Shown one piece after another: positions 42,226 through 51,369 of a stretch of DNA of 64,000 bases. The notes below the pieces were generated by a model that saw only the letters and a program-made list of their open reading frames with translations, searched no databases and was not told the DNA's origin. A program made the translations under genes and the position numbers. The stretch's first letter is position 1, and each line of letters opens with the position of its first letter. This stretch comes from Acidobacteriota bacterium (GTDB lineage Bacteria > Acidobacteriota > Thermoanaerobaculia > UBA5066). The stretch lies in contig JADJVE010000004.1 of assembly GCA_016716715.1 (NCBI GenBank), positions 325,140-389,139 of the forward strand, read 5' to 3'.

Positions 42226-43029
42226 TCAGGCCTGAACGGGGACGGCGGGGCCCTCGGGCTTGGCCGCGCCCGCCTCGGTCACCTGGAAGTTCGTGGGCAT
42301 CGGCTCGTCGTCGCCGTGGACGACCTTCCCGACGAAGCGCTCTTCCTGCGCGTGCAGGCCCTCGAGCACCGCGTCGGCGATCTTGCCCGTGAAGAGCTTG
42401 ATCGCGCGGATGGCGTCGTCGTTGCCGGGGATCACGAAGCTGATGTCGTCGGGGTCGCAGTTCGTGTCGACGATGGCGACGACCGGAATGCCGAGCTTCT
42501 TGGCTTCGAGGATCGCGATCGCCTCCTTCTTGGGGTCGATCACGAACAGGACGTCCGGAAGCTCTTCCATTTCCTTGATGCCGATGAGGTTCTTCGCGAG
42601 CTTCGCCTTCTCGCGGTCGAGCTGGATGCGCTCCTTCTTGGTGAGGATCGCGTCCGAGCCCTCGACGAGCATCGCCTCGACTTCCTTGAGGCGCGAGATC
42701 GACTTGCGGATCGTCACGAAGTTCGTGAGCGTGCCGCCGAGCCAGCGGTTGTTCACGTAGAACATGCCGCAGCGGTTGGCTTCCTCGTAGATCGCGTCCT
42801 GCGCCTGGCGCTTCGTCCCCACGAAGAGGATGTTCTTGCCCTGCGACGCGACGTCCGTGATGAAGGCCGCGGCCTCGCGGAAGCACTTCAGCGTCTTCTG
42901 GAGGTCGATGATGTAGATCCCGTTGCGCTTGCCGAAGATGAACTTTTTCATCTTCGGATTCCAGCGCTTGGTCTGGTGGCCGAAGTGAACGCCCGCCTCG
43001 AGCAGCTCCTTCATCGTGATCTGGCTCAT
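42226..43029 (-). CDS. rpsB: 30S ribosomal protein S2
   Basis: 267 aa. Confidence 0.95.
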   Translation of the reverse strand: MSQITMKELLEAGVHFGHQTKRWNPKMKKFIFGKRNGIYIIDLQKTLKCFREAAAFITDVASQGKNILFVGTKRQAQDAIYEEANRCGMFYVNNRWLGGTLTNFVTIRKSISRLKEVEAMLVEGSDAILTKKERIQLDREKAKLAKNLIGIKEMEELPDVLFVIDPKKEAIAILEAKKLGIPVVAIVDTNCDPDDISFVIPGNDDAIRAIKLFTGKIADAVLEGLHAQEERFVGKVVHGDDEPMPTNFQVTEAGAAKPEGPAVPVQA

Positions 43030-43039
43030 TCGTCCCCCA

Positions 43040-43432
43040 TTACCTCTTCGAGAACTGGAACCGGGCGCGGGCGCCGCGCTGGCCGTACTTCTTGCGCTCC
43101 TTCATGCGCGAGTCGCGCGTGAGGAGGCCTGCCTTCTTCAGGGCGCCGCGGAGCTCGCCGTTGAACAGGCAGAGCGCGCGGGCGATTCCGTGGCGGATCG
43201 CGCCGGCCTGGCCCGCGCTCCCGCCGCCCTCGACGAGGGCGACGACGTCGAACTTCTCGACCGTCTCGGTGAGCTGCAGGGGCTGGCGGATGACCATCTT
43301 GAGCACGTCGTTCGGGAAGTAGTCCTCGAAGGTGCGGTCGTTGACCTGGACCGCGCCCTTGCCGGGGCGGAGGAACACGCGGGCGACGGATTCCTTGCGG
43401 CGTCCGACGGCCTGAAACTGGAGGTTCGTCAC
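43040..43432 (-). CDS. rpsI: 30S ribosomal protein S9
   Basis: 130 aa. Confidence 0.95.
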   Translation of the reverse strand: MTNLQFQAVGRRKESVARVFLRPGKGAVQVNDRTFEDYFPNDVLKMVIRQPLQLTETVEKFDVVALVEGGGSAGQAGAIRHGIARALCLFNGELRGALKKAGLLTRDSRMKERKKYGQRGARARFQFSKR

Positions 43433-43457
43433 GGGGTGCGCTTCTCCTTCGTCCCGG

Positions 43458-43892
43458 TCAGACCGCGACGGCCGCGGGGGCCTGGGCGGTGTGCGGGTGG
43501 TGCGGACCCGCGTAGACCTTGAGCTTCTTGAACATCTTCCGGCCGAGCTTCGTCTTCGGGAGCATGCCCTTGACGGCTGCTTCGATGACGCGCTCGGGCT
43601 TCGTGGCCCGGAGCTTCTCGAACTCGACCGTCTTCACGCCGCCCGGAAAGCCCGTGTGGTGGCGGTAGAGCTTCGACTGCGCCTTGGCGCCGGTCAGGGC
43701 GATCTTCTCGGCGTTCACGACGACGACGAAGTCGCCGGTGTCGATGAACGGCGTGTAGATGGCCTTGGTCTTGCCCGTGAGGTGCCGTGCGACGAGCGTC
43801 GCGAGGCGGCCGAGGACCTTCCCGTCGGCGTCGACGATGATCCAGCGGCGGGTGTGGTCGGAAATCTTCGGGAGCGGCGTGCGAGTGCTCAC
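43458..43892 (-). CDS. rplM: 50S ribosomal protein L13
   Basis: 144 aa. Confidence 0.95.
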   Translation of the reverse strand: MSTRTPLPKISDHTRRWIIVDADGKVLGRLATLVARHLTGKTKAIYTPFIDTGDFVVVVNAEKIALTGAKAQSKLYRHHTGFPGGVKTVEFEKLRATKPERVIEAAVKGMLPKTKLGRKMFKKLKVYAGPHHPHTAQAPAAVAV

Positions 43893-44057
43893 GGGAACGG
43901 TCGTCTCCGGCCTCTAGCGGTTGTGGGGTTATCGACCCCGTTGGAAGATGCGGGGTCGGGCTCCGATGCGGATCCGGGGAAGCATCGAAAGACCAGAGCC
44001 CCTACGGCACACGACTCGCGGGGTTCAGCCAGGGACCCGAAACCCGCGGGGCAGTGG

Positions 44058-44086
44058 AAAATACCCTCCCTCCACGCCCCTGTCAA
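44058..44086 (-). promoter_or_regulatory. candidate sigma70 promoter for rplM-rpsI
   Basis: The minus strand reads TTGACA (44081-44086), a 17-nt spacer, then TATTTT (44058-44063). This implies a long leader of about 160 nt. Confidence 0.4.
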
Positions 44087-44110
44087 GTAACTCTCGGTCA
44101 CAATAGGGCC

Positions 44111-45028
44111 ATGCAACCCCGAATTCTCGACGGCGCCGCCGTCGCAAAGGCCCTCCGTGCAGAGGCCGCGGCCGGCGCGGCCCGCCTCGCGGCCCGTGGC
44201 GTCGTCCCGGGCCTCACGGTCGTCCTCGTCGGAGAGGACGCCGCCAGCGCGACGTACGTCCGAAACAAGGAGATCGCCGCGAAAGAGGCCGGGTTCGCGG
44301 GCCGGACCCTGCGTTTTCCCGCGTCTCTCGCGGAGGCCGAGCTCCTCGCGACGATCGACGGCCTGAACCGCGACGACGCCGTGGACGGCATCCTCGTCCA
44401 GCTTCCGCTGCCGAAGCACATCGCGACCGCCCGCGTCCTCGAGGCGATCGACCCGCGGAAAGACGCCGACGGCTTTCACCCGGAAAACGCGGGCCGCCTC
44501 CTGCAGGGCAAGCCCGCGCCGGTCCCGTGCACGCCGGCCGGAGTCCTCGAGCTCCTCAAGCGCGAGGACGTGCCGCTGCGCGGAACCCGCGCCGTCGTCG
44601 TGGGCCGGAGCGACATCGTCGGAAAGCCCATGGCGCTCCTCCTTCTCCAGAACGACGCGACGGTCACGGTCGCGCACTCGAAGACGAGGGACCTCCCCGC
44701 CCTGTGCCGCGAGGCGGACCTCCTCGTCGCGGCCATCGGGCGGCCGGGCTTCGTGACCGGGGACTTCGTGAAGGAGGGCGCCGTCGTCGTGGACGTCGGG
44801 ATCAACCGCGTGACGACGCGCGCGGACCTCGAGCGGTTCTTCCCGGGCGACGCGAAGCGCGCGGCCGCGTTCGAAAAGAACGGCTCGACGCTCGTCGGCG
44901 ACTGCGACCCCGCGACGGCGTTCCCCAGGGCCTCCCGCTACACGCCCGTCCCCGGCGGCGTCGGCCCGCTGACGATCGCGCATCTCCTCCTGAACGCGCT
45001 CCGGCTCTGCGAGGCGCGGCGCGGATGA
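44111..45028 (+). CDS. folD: bifunctional methylenetetrahydrofolate dehydrogenase/cyclohydrolase
   Basis: MQPRILDG... 305 aa. ATG at 44111, and the stop overlaps the coaE ATG as ATGA. Confidence 0.9.
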   Translation: MQPRILDGAAVAKALRAEAAAGAARLAARGVVPGLTVVLVGEDAASATYVRNKEIAAKEAGFAGRTLRFPASLAEAELLATIDGLNRDDAVDGILVQLPLPKHIATARVLEAIDPRKDADGFHPENAGRLLQGKPAPVPCTPAGVLELLKREDVPLRGTRAVVVGRSDIVGKPMALLLLQNDATVTVAHSKTRDLPALCREADLLVAAIGRPGFVTGDFVKEGAVVVDVGINRVTTRADLERFFPGDAKRAAAFEKNGSTLVGDCDPATAFPRASRYTPVPGGVGPLTIAHLLLNALRLCEARRG

Positions 45029-45675
45029 TCCTGAAGGTCGGACTCACGGGCGGGCTCGCGTCGGGCAAGAGCACGATCGCCGAAGGCCTCGAGAAGCGCG
45101 GGATCCCCGTGCGCGACGCGGACCGGATGGTCCACGAGCTCTACGCACCGGGCGCCGCCGGCGCGCGGGCGGTCGCGGCGGCGTTCGGACCGGAGTTCCT
45201 CGCCGCCGACGGCTCGGTCGACCGTCCGAAGTTGTCGATGACCGTCTTTCACGACAAGGCCGCGCTCGCGAAGCTGAACGGCCTCATTCATCCGCTCGTG
45301 CGGCAGGAGCAGGCCGAGTGGTTCGAGGAGCTCGCGCGGAAGGGCGAGCCGATCGGCGTCATCGAGGCCACTCTCCTCGTCGAGACGGGCGGACGCGAGC
45401 GGTTCGACGTCCTCGTCGCCGTGTCGGCGCCGGCGGACATGCGCCTTCAACGCGCCGTCAAACGCAGCGGCGAGACGGACCCGAACGAGTTCGTGAAGCG
45501 GATGTCGGCGCAGTTCTCGGACGCCGCGCGCGAAGAGGTGTCCGACATCGTGATCCGCACGGACGGCACCCGCGAGGAGCTCGAGGGAAAGATCGACCGC
45601 CTCGCGGACGAGCTGCGCGCTCGCGCGTCCGACGAGGGCGCCGGCCGCCGGAGCGGGTTCTTCAGCCGGCCGTGA
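45025..45675 (+). CDS. coaE: dephospho-CoA kinase
   Basis: MILKVGLTGGLASGKST (P-loop), 216 aa. Confidence 0.9.
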   Translation: MILKVGLTGGLASGKSTIAEGLEKRGIPVRDADRMVHELYAPGAAGARAVAAAFGPEFLAADGSVDRPKLSMTVFHDKAALAKLNGLIHPLVRQEQAEWFEELARKGEPIGVIEATLLVETGGRERFDVLVAVSAPADMRLQRAVKRSGETDPNEFVKRMSAQFSDAAREEVSDIVIRTDGTREELEGKIDRLADELRARASDEGAGRRSGFFSRP

Positions 45676-46243
45676 GCGCGGCGCGCAGCGCCGCGAACGC
45701 CCGCAATGCCTTACGGCGGTGCGAGAGGGCGTTCTTCTCCTCGAGGCTCATCTCCGCGAACGTCCGCGTCTCCCCTGCCGGGATGAACAGCACGTCCCAC
45801 CCGAAGCCGTTCTCGCCGCGGGGGTGGAGGGCGATCGAACCCTTCACGCGTCCCTCGGCCACGAGCACGTCCGGCTCGCGCTGACCCGGCCGCGCGACGG
45901 CGAGGACCGAGACGGCCTCGGCGCCGCGATCCGAGAAGCCGTCCAGCATCTTCGCGAGGCCCTCCTGGCCGAGGACGCCCATCGTGATCCACTTCGTGAG
46001 CGGGCCCGGGAAGCCGCCCCAGCCCGCGACCGCGAGCCCCGAGTCTTCGACGAGGACGGGAACGCCGAGCGCGTGCGCCGCTACGATCGCCTTGGCCCTC
46101 GCCACCTCGCGGAAGTCGAGGGACTGGATCTCGGGCAGGTCCAGCGCCTGCGCCGCGACTGCGCGGCCGAGAAGGGCCGAGGCCTCGCGCGCCTTGCCGG
46201 GGTTCGACGTCACGAAGACGAGGCCGGCGAGCACGTTGGTCAC
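45662..46243 (-). CDS. rdgB: dITP/XTP pyrophosphatase (Ham1/RdgB family)
   Basis: ...VFVTSNPGKAREASALLG... 193 aa. A GTG start overlaps the cyclase stop as GTGA. Its 3' end overlaps the convergent coaE by 14 nt. Confidence 0.8.
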   Translation of the reverse strand: MTNVLAGLVFVTSNPGKAREASALLGRAVAAQALDLPEIQSLDFREVARAKAIVAAHALGVPVLVEDSGLAVAGWGGFPGPLTKWITMGVLGQEGLAKMLDGFSDRGAEAVSVLAVARPGQREPDVLVAEGRVKGSIALHPRGENGFGWDVLFIPAGETRTFAEMSLEEKNALSHRRKALRAFAALRAALTAG

Positions 46244-47868
46244 GAGACGGGGACGGGACGCCCCGAGGCGTCGAGCTTGAGGCGGAACGCGGTCATCCCC
46301 TTCGAGAGGCCCTTGAGCTTCTGCTCGCCGAGGGGCTCGAACGCGTAGTCCCCGCCCGCCTGGCGCGCCGTCTCCCCGCCGACGACCACTTCGTTGGCGC
46401 CCGCCACGGCGGACTCCAGCCGCGCCGCGACGTTGACCGTGTTGCCGAGGACCGTGTAGTCGACGCGGCGGTCGGACCCGATGTCGCCGACGAACGCCCG
46501 GCCGGTGTTCACGCCGACGCGGACCGCGACGGAGGGTTCTCCGGCCGCGACGCGCTGAACGTTCCAGGCGTGGAGGCTCTCGACGAGCTTCGCGGCCGCC
46601 GCGACGGCGCGGCGGGCGTGGTCGGGCTGCGGGATCGGCGCGCCGAAGAACGCCATCACGGCGTCGCCGATGAACTTGTCGAGCGTGCCCCCCTGCTCGA
46701 AGATCGCGTCGGCCGCGAACGTGAAGACGCGCTCGAGAAAGCGCGAGACCTCCTCCGGGTCCATCGTCTCGGCCGAAGACGTGAAGCCGACGATGTCCGC
46801 GAAGAACACCGTGACCTCCCGCGTCCTCACGCTCTCGACGCCCTGGGGCCCTCCCGTCACGATCTCGTCGACGACGCCCGGCGAGTGGTAGCGCGACAGG
46901 CGCTCGCGGATGCGCTCCTCGCGCTCGATCCGGCCCTGGAGGCGCGCGCGCTCGATCGCGACGGCCGCGAAGTTGCCGAGCGCGGTCAGGAGGTCGAGGT
47001 CGTCGGCCGTGAACGTGCCCGTCTTGAGCGGCGTGTCGACGTGCAGCGCGCCGATCACGCGGTCGCGGTCCCAGAGCGGCACGCACATCGCCGAGCGGAT
47101 CTGCTGGATGCGGATGGACTGCCCGGCCTCGAAGCGGTCGTCCGCGAGCGCGTCGGACGTGAGCACGGCCACGCGGTCGCGCACGACGGACTCGACGATC
47201 GTGTGCGAGAACGAGGCCTCCGGGTCGGGCCCTTCCTTGCCGCGGCGCCTGGCGAGCGTCGGGGTGAGCCGGCCGTCCTCCTCGCGCAGGACGACGACGG
47301 CGCGCTCGGCCGGGAGGAAGTCGAAGAGAAGGTCGACGACCTTCGAGAGGATCTGCCCGACCTCCCGCGCTTCGATGAGCGTGCGGGCGACCAGGACCAT
47401 CGCCTCGAAAACCTTCTCGCGCGTCGCGGGCCGGCGGCCCGCCATCGTCCCCGCGAGCGAGTCTTCTTTCGGGAGGGAGGCGGCGTCGAAGCCAAAATCG
47501 CGGTTGAAGTCCGCGATGGACCTGACGAACGTCGCGCTCGAGTCGCTGATCGACACCGACGCGCGCCCGCGGAACGTCGGTTGTTCCGTCACCGTGAGCG
47601 TGAAGGTCCCCACCGTGAGCACGTCGCCAGGATGGATCAGCGCCGACGGCGTGAACTCGCCGTTGACCTTGAGGCCGTTCGTCGACTTCAGGTCCTCGAT
47701 CGTCCAGGCGCCGCCGCTCTCGGACAGGAGCGCGTGCTTGCGCGAGACGGAGAAATCGTTGAGGACGATCCCGTTCTCGCTCGATCGGCCGATCGACACG
47801 TCGTTTCCCGACAGCAGGTACCGTCGGGTCTGGCCTTCGACCTCGTAGACGAGCTCCATCAGCGGCAT
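46240..47868 (-). CDS. FHA domain - GAF domain - class III adenylate/guanylate cyclase
   Basis: 542 aa. The N-terminal FHA is GRSSENGIVLNDFSVSRKHALL. The C-terminal cyclase has FADIVGFT...GDAVMAFF...VRVGVNTG. Confidence 0.85.
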   Translation of the reverse strand: MPLMELVYEVEGQTRRYLLSGNDVSIGRSSENGIVLNDFSVSRKHALLSESGGAWTIEDLKSTNGLKVNGEFTPSALIHPGDVLTVGTFTLTVTEQPTFRGRASVSISDSSATFVRSIADFNRDFGFDAASLPKEDSLAGTMAGRRPATREKVFEAMVLVARTLIEAREVGQILSKVVDLLFDFLPAERAVVVLREEDGRLTPTLARRRGKEGPDPEASFSHTIVESVVRDRVAVLTSDALADDRFEAGQSIRIQQIRSAMCVPLWDRDRVIGALHVDTPLKTGTFTADDLDLLTALGNFAAVAIERARLQGRIEREERIRERLSRYHSPGVVDEIVTGGPQGVESVRTREVTVFFADIVGFTSSAETMDPEEVSRFLERVFTFAADAIFEQGGTLDKFIGDAVMAFFGAPIPQPDHARRAVAAAAKLVESLHAWNVQRVAAGEPSVAVRVGVNTGRAFVGDIGSDRRVDYTVLGNTVNVAARLESAVAGANEVVVGGETARQAGGDYAFEPLGEQKLKGLSKGMTAFRLKLDASGRPVPVS

Positions 47869-47896
47869 GAAGAGCCGCGATTATAGGTGCGTCCCG

Positions 47897-48886
47897 TCAG
47901 TCCGGAGGCGGTTCTCGCTCGGCGTGCAGCGCGAACTTGACGCGGATCACCTTCCAGACGGCCACCGCCTGCCCGGCGACGCGCGCGGGGCGGTAGGTCC
48001 ACTTCCTCACGGCGTCGGTGGCCGCCTCCGTCATCCCGAACGGAGCCCCGGTCACGACCTCGATCCGCCCGATCGAGCCGTTCGCCTCCACGACGACGCG
48101 CAGCACGACGTCGCCGCCCAGCTTCATCTTCCTGGCCGCCTCCGGGTACTGCGGGTCGACGCGCGTGACGAGGACGGGAAGTTCGGATCCTTCGGGGAGC
48201 GCGGTGAGAGGCGCGGCCGGCGCCGCGCCCGACGTCGGCGTGGCCACCGGCGCGAACCCCGCCTCAGGGATCTCGCCGGCCGGCTGCGCCGTGACGCGCG
48301 GGGTGGGCCGCGTTTCGCGGTCCGGAACGCCGAGAGCCTGGACCTCGGGCGTGACGCCCTTGCCCGGCGGCGAGCCCGGCGCGGGCGCGACCGCGGACGG
48401 CAGGAGCCGGATCGAGCGGGCCGGCACGAACGCGAGCATCTTCCCCGCGAGGCGCACGCCGAAGAAGTCGTGGTCGGCGAGGACCACGTCCACGTCGTCG
48501 CCGTCCTCGAGCGTGCCCCAGCGCGCGGCGCCGTAGTCCGGAGCGAGGAGGATCGGGCACGGCTCGACGGCGCGCCCCGGCTGGGCCTCGAAGGCCTTGA
48601 CGGCCTCGGCGCGCGCCTCGCGCGCCTCGCGATCGGCGAGTCTCTCGACGGCGGCGGCGGGCACCCAGACGTCTCCGCCTGGACCCGACACGCGCAGCAG
48701 GTCGCCCTTGGCCTCGCGGATCCTCACCGGCGTTCCGCGCACGAGCGTCGAGGGGGCCGCGGACTTCGCCTCGGGCTCGGTGCGCCCGGGGACCTTGTCG
48801 AGCGTCACGACCGCGCGGTCGTCCGCCGGAGCGCCGGGGGCGCCGGGCCGCGGTTTCCGGCACCCGGGCGCGGACGACGCGAGCAC
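47897..48886 (-). CDS. TonB C-terminal-domain protein with SH3b-like repeats
   Basis: The C-terminus ...VTRVDPQYPEAARKMKLGGDVVLRVVVEANGSIGRIEVV... is a TonB-C fold. A signal-peptide-like stretch (LTLRARLLAGAAAIAVLASSAPGC) lies in frame upstream of the first GTG and overlaps the arcB stop, so the true start is uncertain. Confidence 0.6.
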   Translation of the reverse strand: MLASSAPGCRKPRPGAPGAPADDRAVVTLDKVPGRTEPEAKSAAPSTLVRGTPVRIREAKGDLLRVSGPGGDVWVPAAAVERLADREAREARAEAVKAFEAQPGRAVEPCPILLAPDYGAARWGTLEDGDDVDVVLADHDFFGVRLAGKMLAFVPARSIRLLPSAVAPAPGSPPGKGVTPEVQALGVPDRETRPTPRVTAQPAGEIPEAGFAPVATPTSGAAPAAPLTALPEGSELPVLVTRVDPQYPEAARKMKLGGDVVLRVVVEANGSIGRIEVVTGAPFGMTEAATDAVRKWTYRPARVAGQAVAVWKVIRVKFALHAEREPPPD

Positions 48887-48927
48887 CGCGATCGCCGCGG
48901 CCCCGGCGAGGAGACGGGCGCGGAGGG

Positions 48928-49851
48928 TCAGGGCGCTCCCATCAGCGTGACGAGGATCGACTTCTGGACGTGAAGGCGGTTCTCGGCTTCGTCGTAGATC
49001 ACCGAGCGCGGTCCGTCACAGACGTCGGCGGCGACTTCCTCGCCCCGGTGCGCGGGCAGGCAGTGCATGAAGACGGCGTCCTTGTGCGCATGGGCCATGA
49101 GCGCGCTCGACACGGTCCAGCCCGCGAAGTCCTTCACGCGTTTCGCCTGCTCGGCCTCCTGCCCCATCGACGCCCAGACGTCCGTGTAGACGACGTGCGC
49201 GCCCTCTACGGCCTGCACGGCGTCGTTCGTGACGAGCAGCTTCGTCCCCGCGGCGGCCGCGTCGGCCCTCGCGTTTGCCGTGACGCCCGCGTCGGGCTCG
49301 TAGCCCTTCGGCGTCGCGATCGCGACGTCGACGCCGCACTTCGGCCCGCCGTACATGAGGGAGTGCGCCATGTTGTTGCCGTCGCCCACGTAGGCCAGCT
49401 TGAGGCCCTTCAGACTCCCGAACTTCTCCGCCATCGTGAAGTAGTCGGTCAGCGCCTGGCAGGGATGGAGAAGGTCCGTGAGGCCGTTGACCACCGGGAT
49501 CGTCGCGTACGTCGCGAGGTCGAGGACCGTCTGGTGCGCGAACGTGCGCGCCATGATCCCGTCCACGTAACGCGAGAGGACGCGCGCCGTGTCGGAGACG
49601 GGCTCGCCGCGGCCGAGCTGGATGTCGCGCGACGAGAGGAACTGGGCCGCGCCGCCGAGCTGCGTCATCCCGGCCTCGAACGAGACGCGGGTCCGCGTCG
49701 AGGACTTCTCGAAGATCATCGCGAGGATCTTCCCGGAGAGGGCCGCGCGGTACTCGCGCGGCCGGGCCTTGATGTCCGCTGACTGCGTGAGGAGCGCACC
49801 GACTTCGGCGGACGAGAGGTCGTGGATCGAGATCAGGTCTTTGCGTCGCAT
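48928..49851 (-). CDS. arcB: ornithine carbamoyltransferase, probably catabolic
   Basis: 307 aa with STRTR and FMHCLPAHRGEEV (HCLP = OTCase). It sits immediately downstream of arginine deiminase. Confidence 0.85.
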   Translation of the reverse strand: MRRKDLISIHDLSSAEVGALLTQSADIKARPREYRAALSGKILAMIFEKSSTRTRVSFEAGMTQLGGAAQFLSSRDIQLGRGEPVSDTARVLSRYVDGIMARTFAHQTVLDLATYATIPVVNGLTDLLHPCQALTDYFTMAEKFGSLKGLKLAYVGDGNNMAHSLMYGGPKCGVDVAIATPKGYEPDAGVTANARADAAAAGTKLLVTNDAVQAVEGAHVVYTDVWASMGQEAEQAKRVKDFAGWTVSSALMAHAHKDAVFMHCLPAHRGEEVAADVCDGPRSVIYDEAENRLHVQKSILVTLMGAP

Positions 49852-49863
49852 GTCTTTCCATTC

Positions 49864-51144
49864 TCACACCCGGTCGCGCACGAGCGGCATCGTCATGCAG
49901 CGAGGGCCTCCCCGCGCGCGGGAGAGCTCCGGGGCCGACATGAGGATCGCCTGTTTGACCGGTTTCTTTCGCTCGAGCGTCTCGCGCCCGAGCAGGAGGT
50001 CGTCGTCCGAAAGGATGCGGTAGCCGTGCCGCGCGAGCTCGTCCGCCGTCCGGATGTTGCGGTCGTAGCCGAGCACGAGGCCCGGCGCGAGCGCGAACAG
50101 GTTCGCGCCGTCGGTCCACTGCTCGCGTTGCTGGTCGATGGGGTCGGAGCCGCCGCACGAGATCGGCTCGAGGTCGATCCCGTGGGCGCGCAGCGCCGAC
50201 AGGAGGTCGTCCTTCGTCGTCCACGACACCTCACGCCCCGTGAGATCGGCCTCGTAGACGTCGACCTCCTCGGCGCCTCCGGGCAGGATCATCGGCGCGT
50301 GGCAGAGACACTCTCCTTCGGAGAGCCGCGTGAAGATCGTGTCGAGGTGCATCGTCGCGCGCTGCGGCGGAATCGCGACCACGAGGATGCGCTTCACGGG
50401 CGACCTTTCCTTGCGGAGCGCCTCGGCGAGGCGCTCGATCGTGATCTTCTCGGTGCGCTCCGAGTAGCCGATCACGAGCGTCTCGGGCGACATCACGAGG
50501 ACGTCGCCGCCCTCCAGCGTCGGCCGCATGCGCGCGAGGGACAGGCTCTTCTCCTCGGCGGCGAACTCGCGGAACCAGAACGCGTCGGAACGCCGGCCGA
50601 AACGCGGGTGGAACGCGAAGATCGCCCCCGAAAGGAGCGGCTCGCGCCAGCGGGCGCGCGTCGCCATCGCGCTCCGGATCACGCGGTCTCCGAGGACGAC
50701 GGCCGGGTCGCGCTGGAAGAACCAGTTCGGAAGAGGCGGCAGAAGGTAGAGCGAGTCGAGCGAGCCCGTAATTTCGGGCCGCGGGTGCTCGATCCCCTCC
50801 ACGAGACCGGCTGCGAGGCGGTCGGCCGGCAGGTCGTTCAGGGCGACGAGCACGGCGGGCGGCCACGCGAGCAGCGTTGCGAGCTCCGTGAGGATCGCGT
50901 TGCGGGCGCCCGCGTCCTGGAGGACTTCTTCGAGAAGGTCGCGGGCCTCGAGGACCTCGTCCGCGACGAACTTCAGGACCTGCCGGAAGCGCCGGTGCTC
51001 CTCGCGGGCGCGGGCCCCGAAGAGGATGTCGTCGAACAGGAGGTCCTGCATCATCGCCGGGACCATCCGGTCGATCTCGCGGCCGGGCTCGTGAACGAGA
51101 ACGGTGCGCAGGCGGCCGATTTCGGATTCGATGCGAAGAGTCAT
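49864..51144 (-). CDS. arcA: arginine deiminase
   Basis: 426 aa with a C-terminal ...ARGGPRCMTMPLVRD catalytic Cys motif. Confidence 0.9.
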   Translation of the reverse strand: MTLRIESEIGRLRTVLVHEPGREIDRMVPAMMQDLLFDDILFGARAREEHRRFRQVLKFVADEVLEARDLLEEVLQDAGARNAILTELATLLAWPPAVLVALNDLPADRLAAGLVEGIEHPRPEITGSLDSLYLLPPLPNWFFQRDPAVVLGDRVIRSAMATRARWREPLLSGAIFAFHPRFGRRSDAFWFREFAAEEKSLSLARMRPTLEGGDVLVMSPETLVIGYSERTEKITIERLAEALRKERSPVKRILVVAIPPQRATMHLDTIFTRLSEGECLCHAPMILPGGAEEVDVYEADLTGREVSWTTKDDLLSALRAHGIDLEPISCGGSDPIDQQREQWTDGANLFALAPGLVLGYDRNIRTADELARHGYRILSDDDLLLGRETLERKKPVKQAILMSAPELSRARGGPRCMTMPLVRDRV

Positions 51145-51204
51145 GTCGGGCGGCCCCGGAGCCGCCTCGGTGATGCTAACCTGAGAGGCCTTCGGGGAGA
51201 GCGC

Positions 51205-51369
51205 ATGGAAGAGGTCGCCTTCGTCGTCTGCCTGAACTGCGACACCCCCTGCTACTCGTTCGAGTACGAGGAGAAGAAGGGCGTCTTGAGCGCGTTCTGC
51301 GCCATCTGCGGCAACGACGACGTCAAGGAGTTCCGCCTTCCGACCGACGACGAGGTGGAAGAGGAATGA
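51205..51369 (+). CDS. 54-aa zinc-ribbon miniprotein with an acidic tail
   Basis: MEEVAFVVCLNCDTPCYSFEYEEKKGVLSAFCAICGNDDVKEFRLPTDDEVEEE, with CxxC-x17-CxxC. A GGGGAGAG RBS lies 4 nt upstream, and its stop overlaps the purB ATG as ATGA. Confidence 0.55.
   Translation: MEEVAFVVCLNCDTPCYSFEYEEKKGVLSAFCAICGNDDVKEFRLPTDDEVEEE

Noticed and set aside
45662-47086. 474-aa ORF extending rdgB
   Set aside because: The N-terminal part overlaps the cyclase gene in another frame. The RdgB homology starts at GTG 46243.
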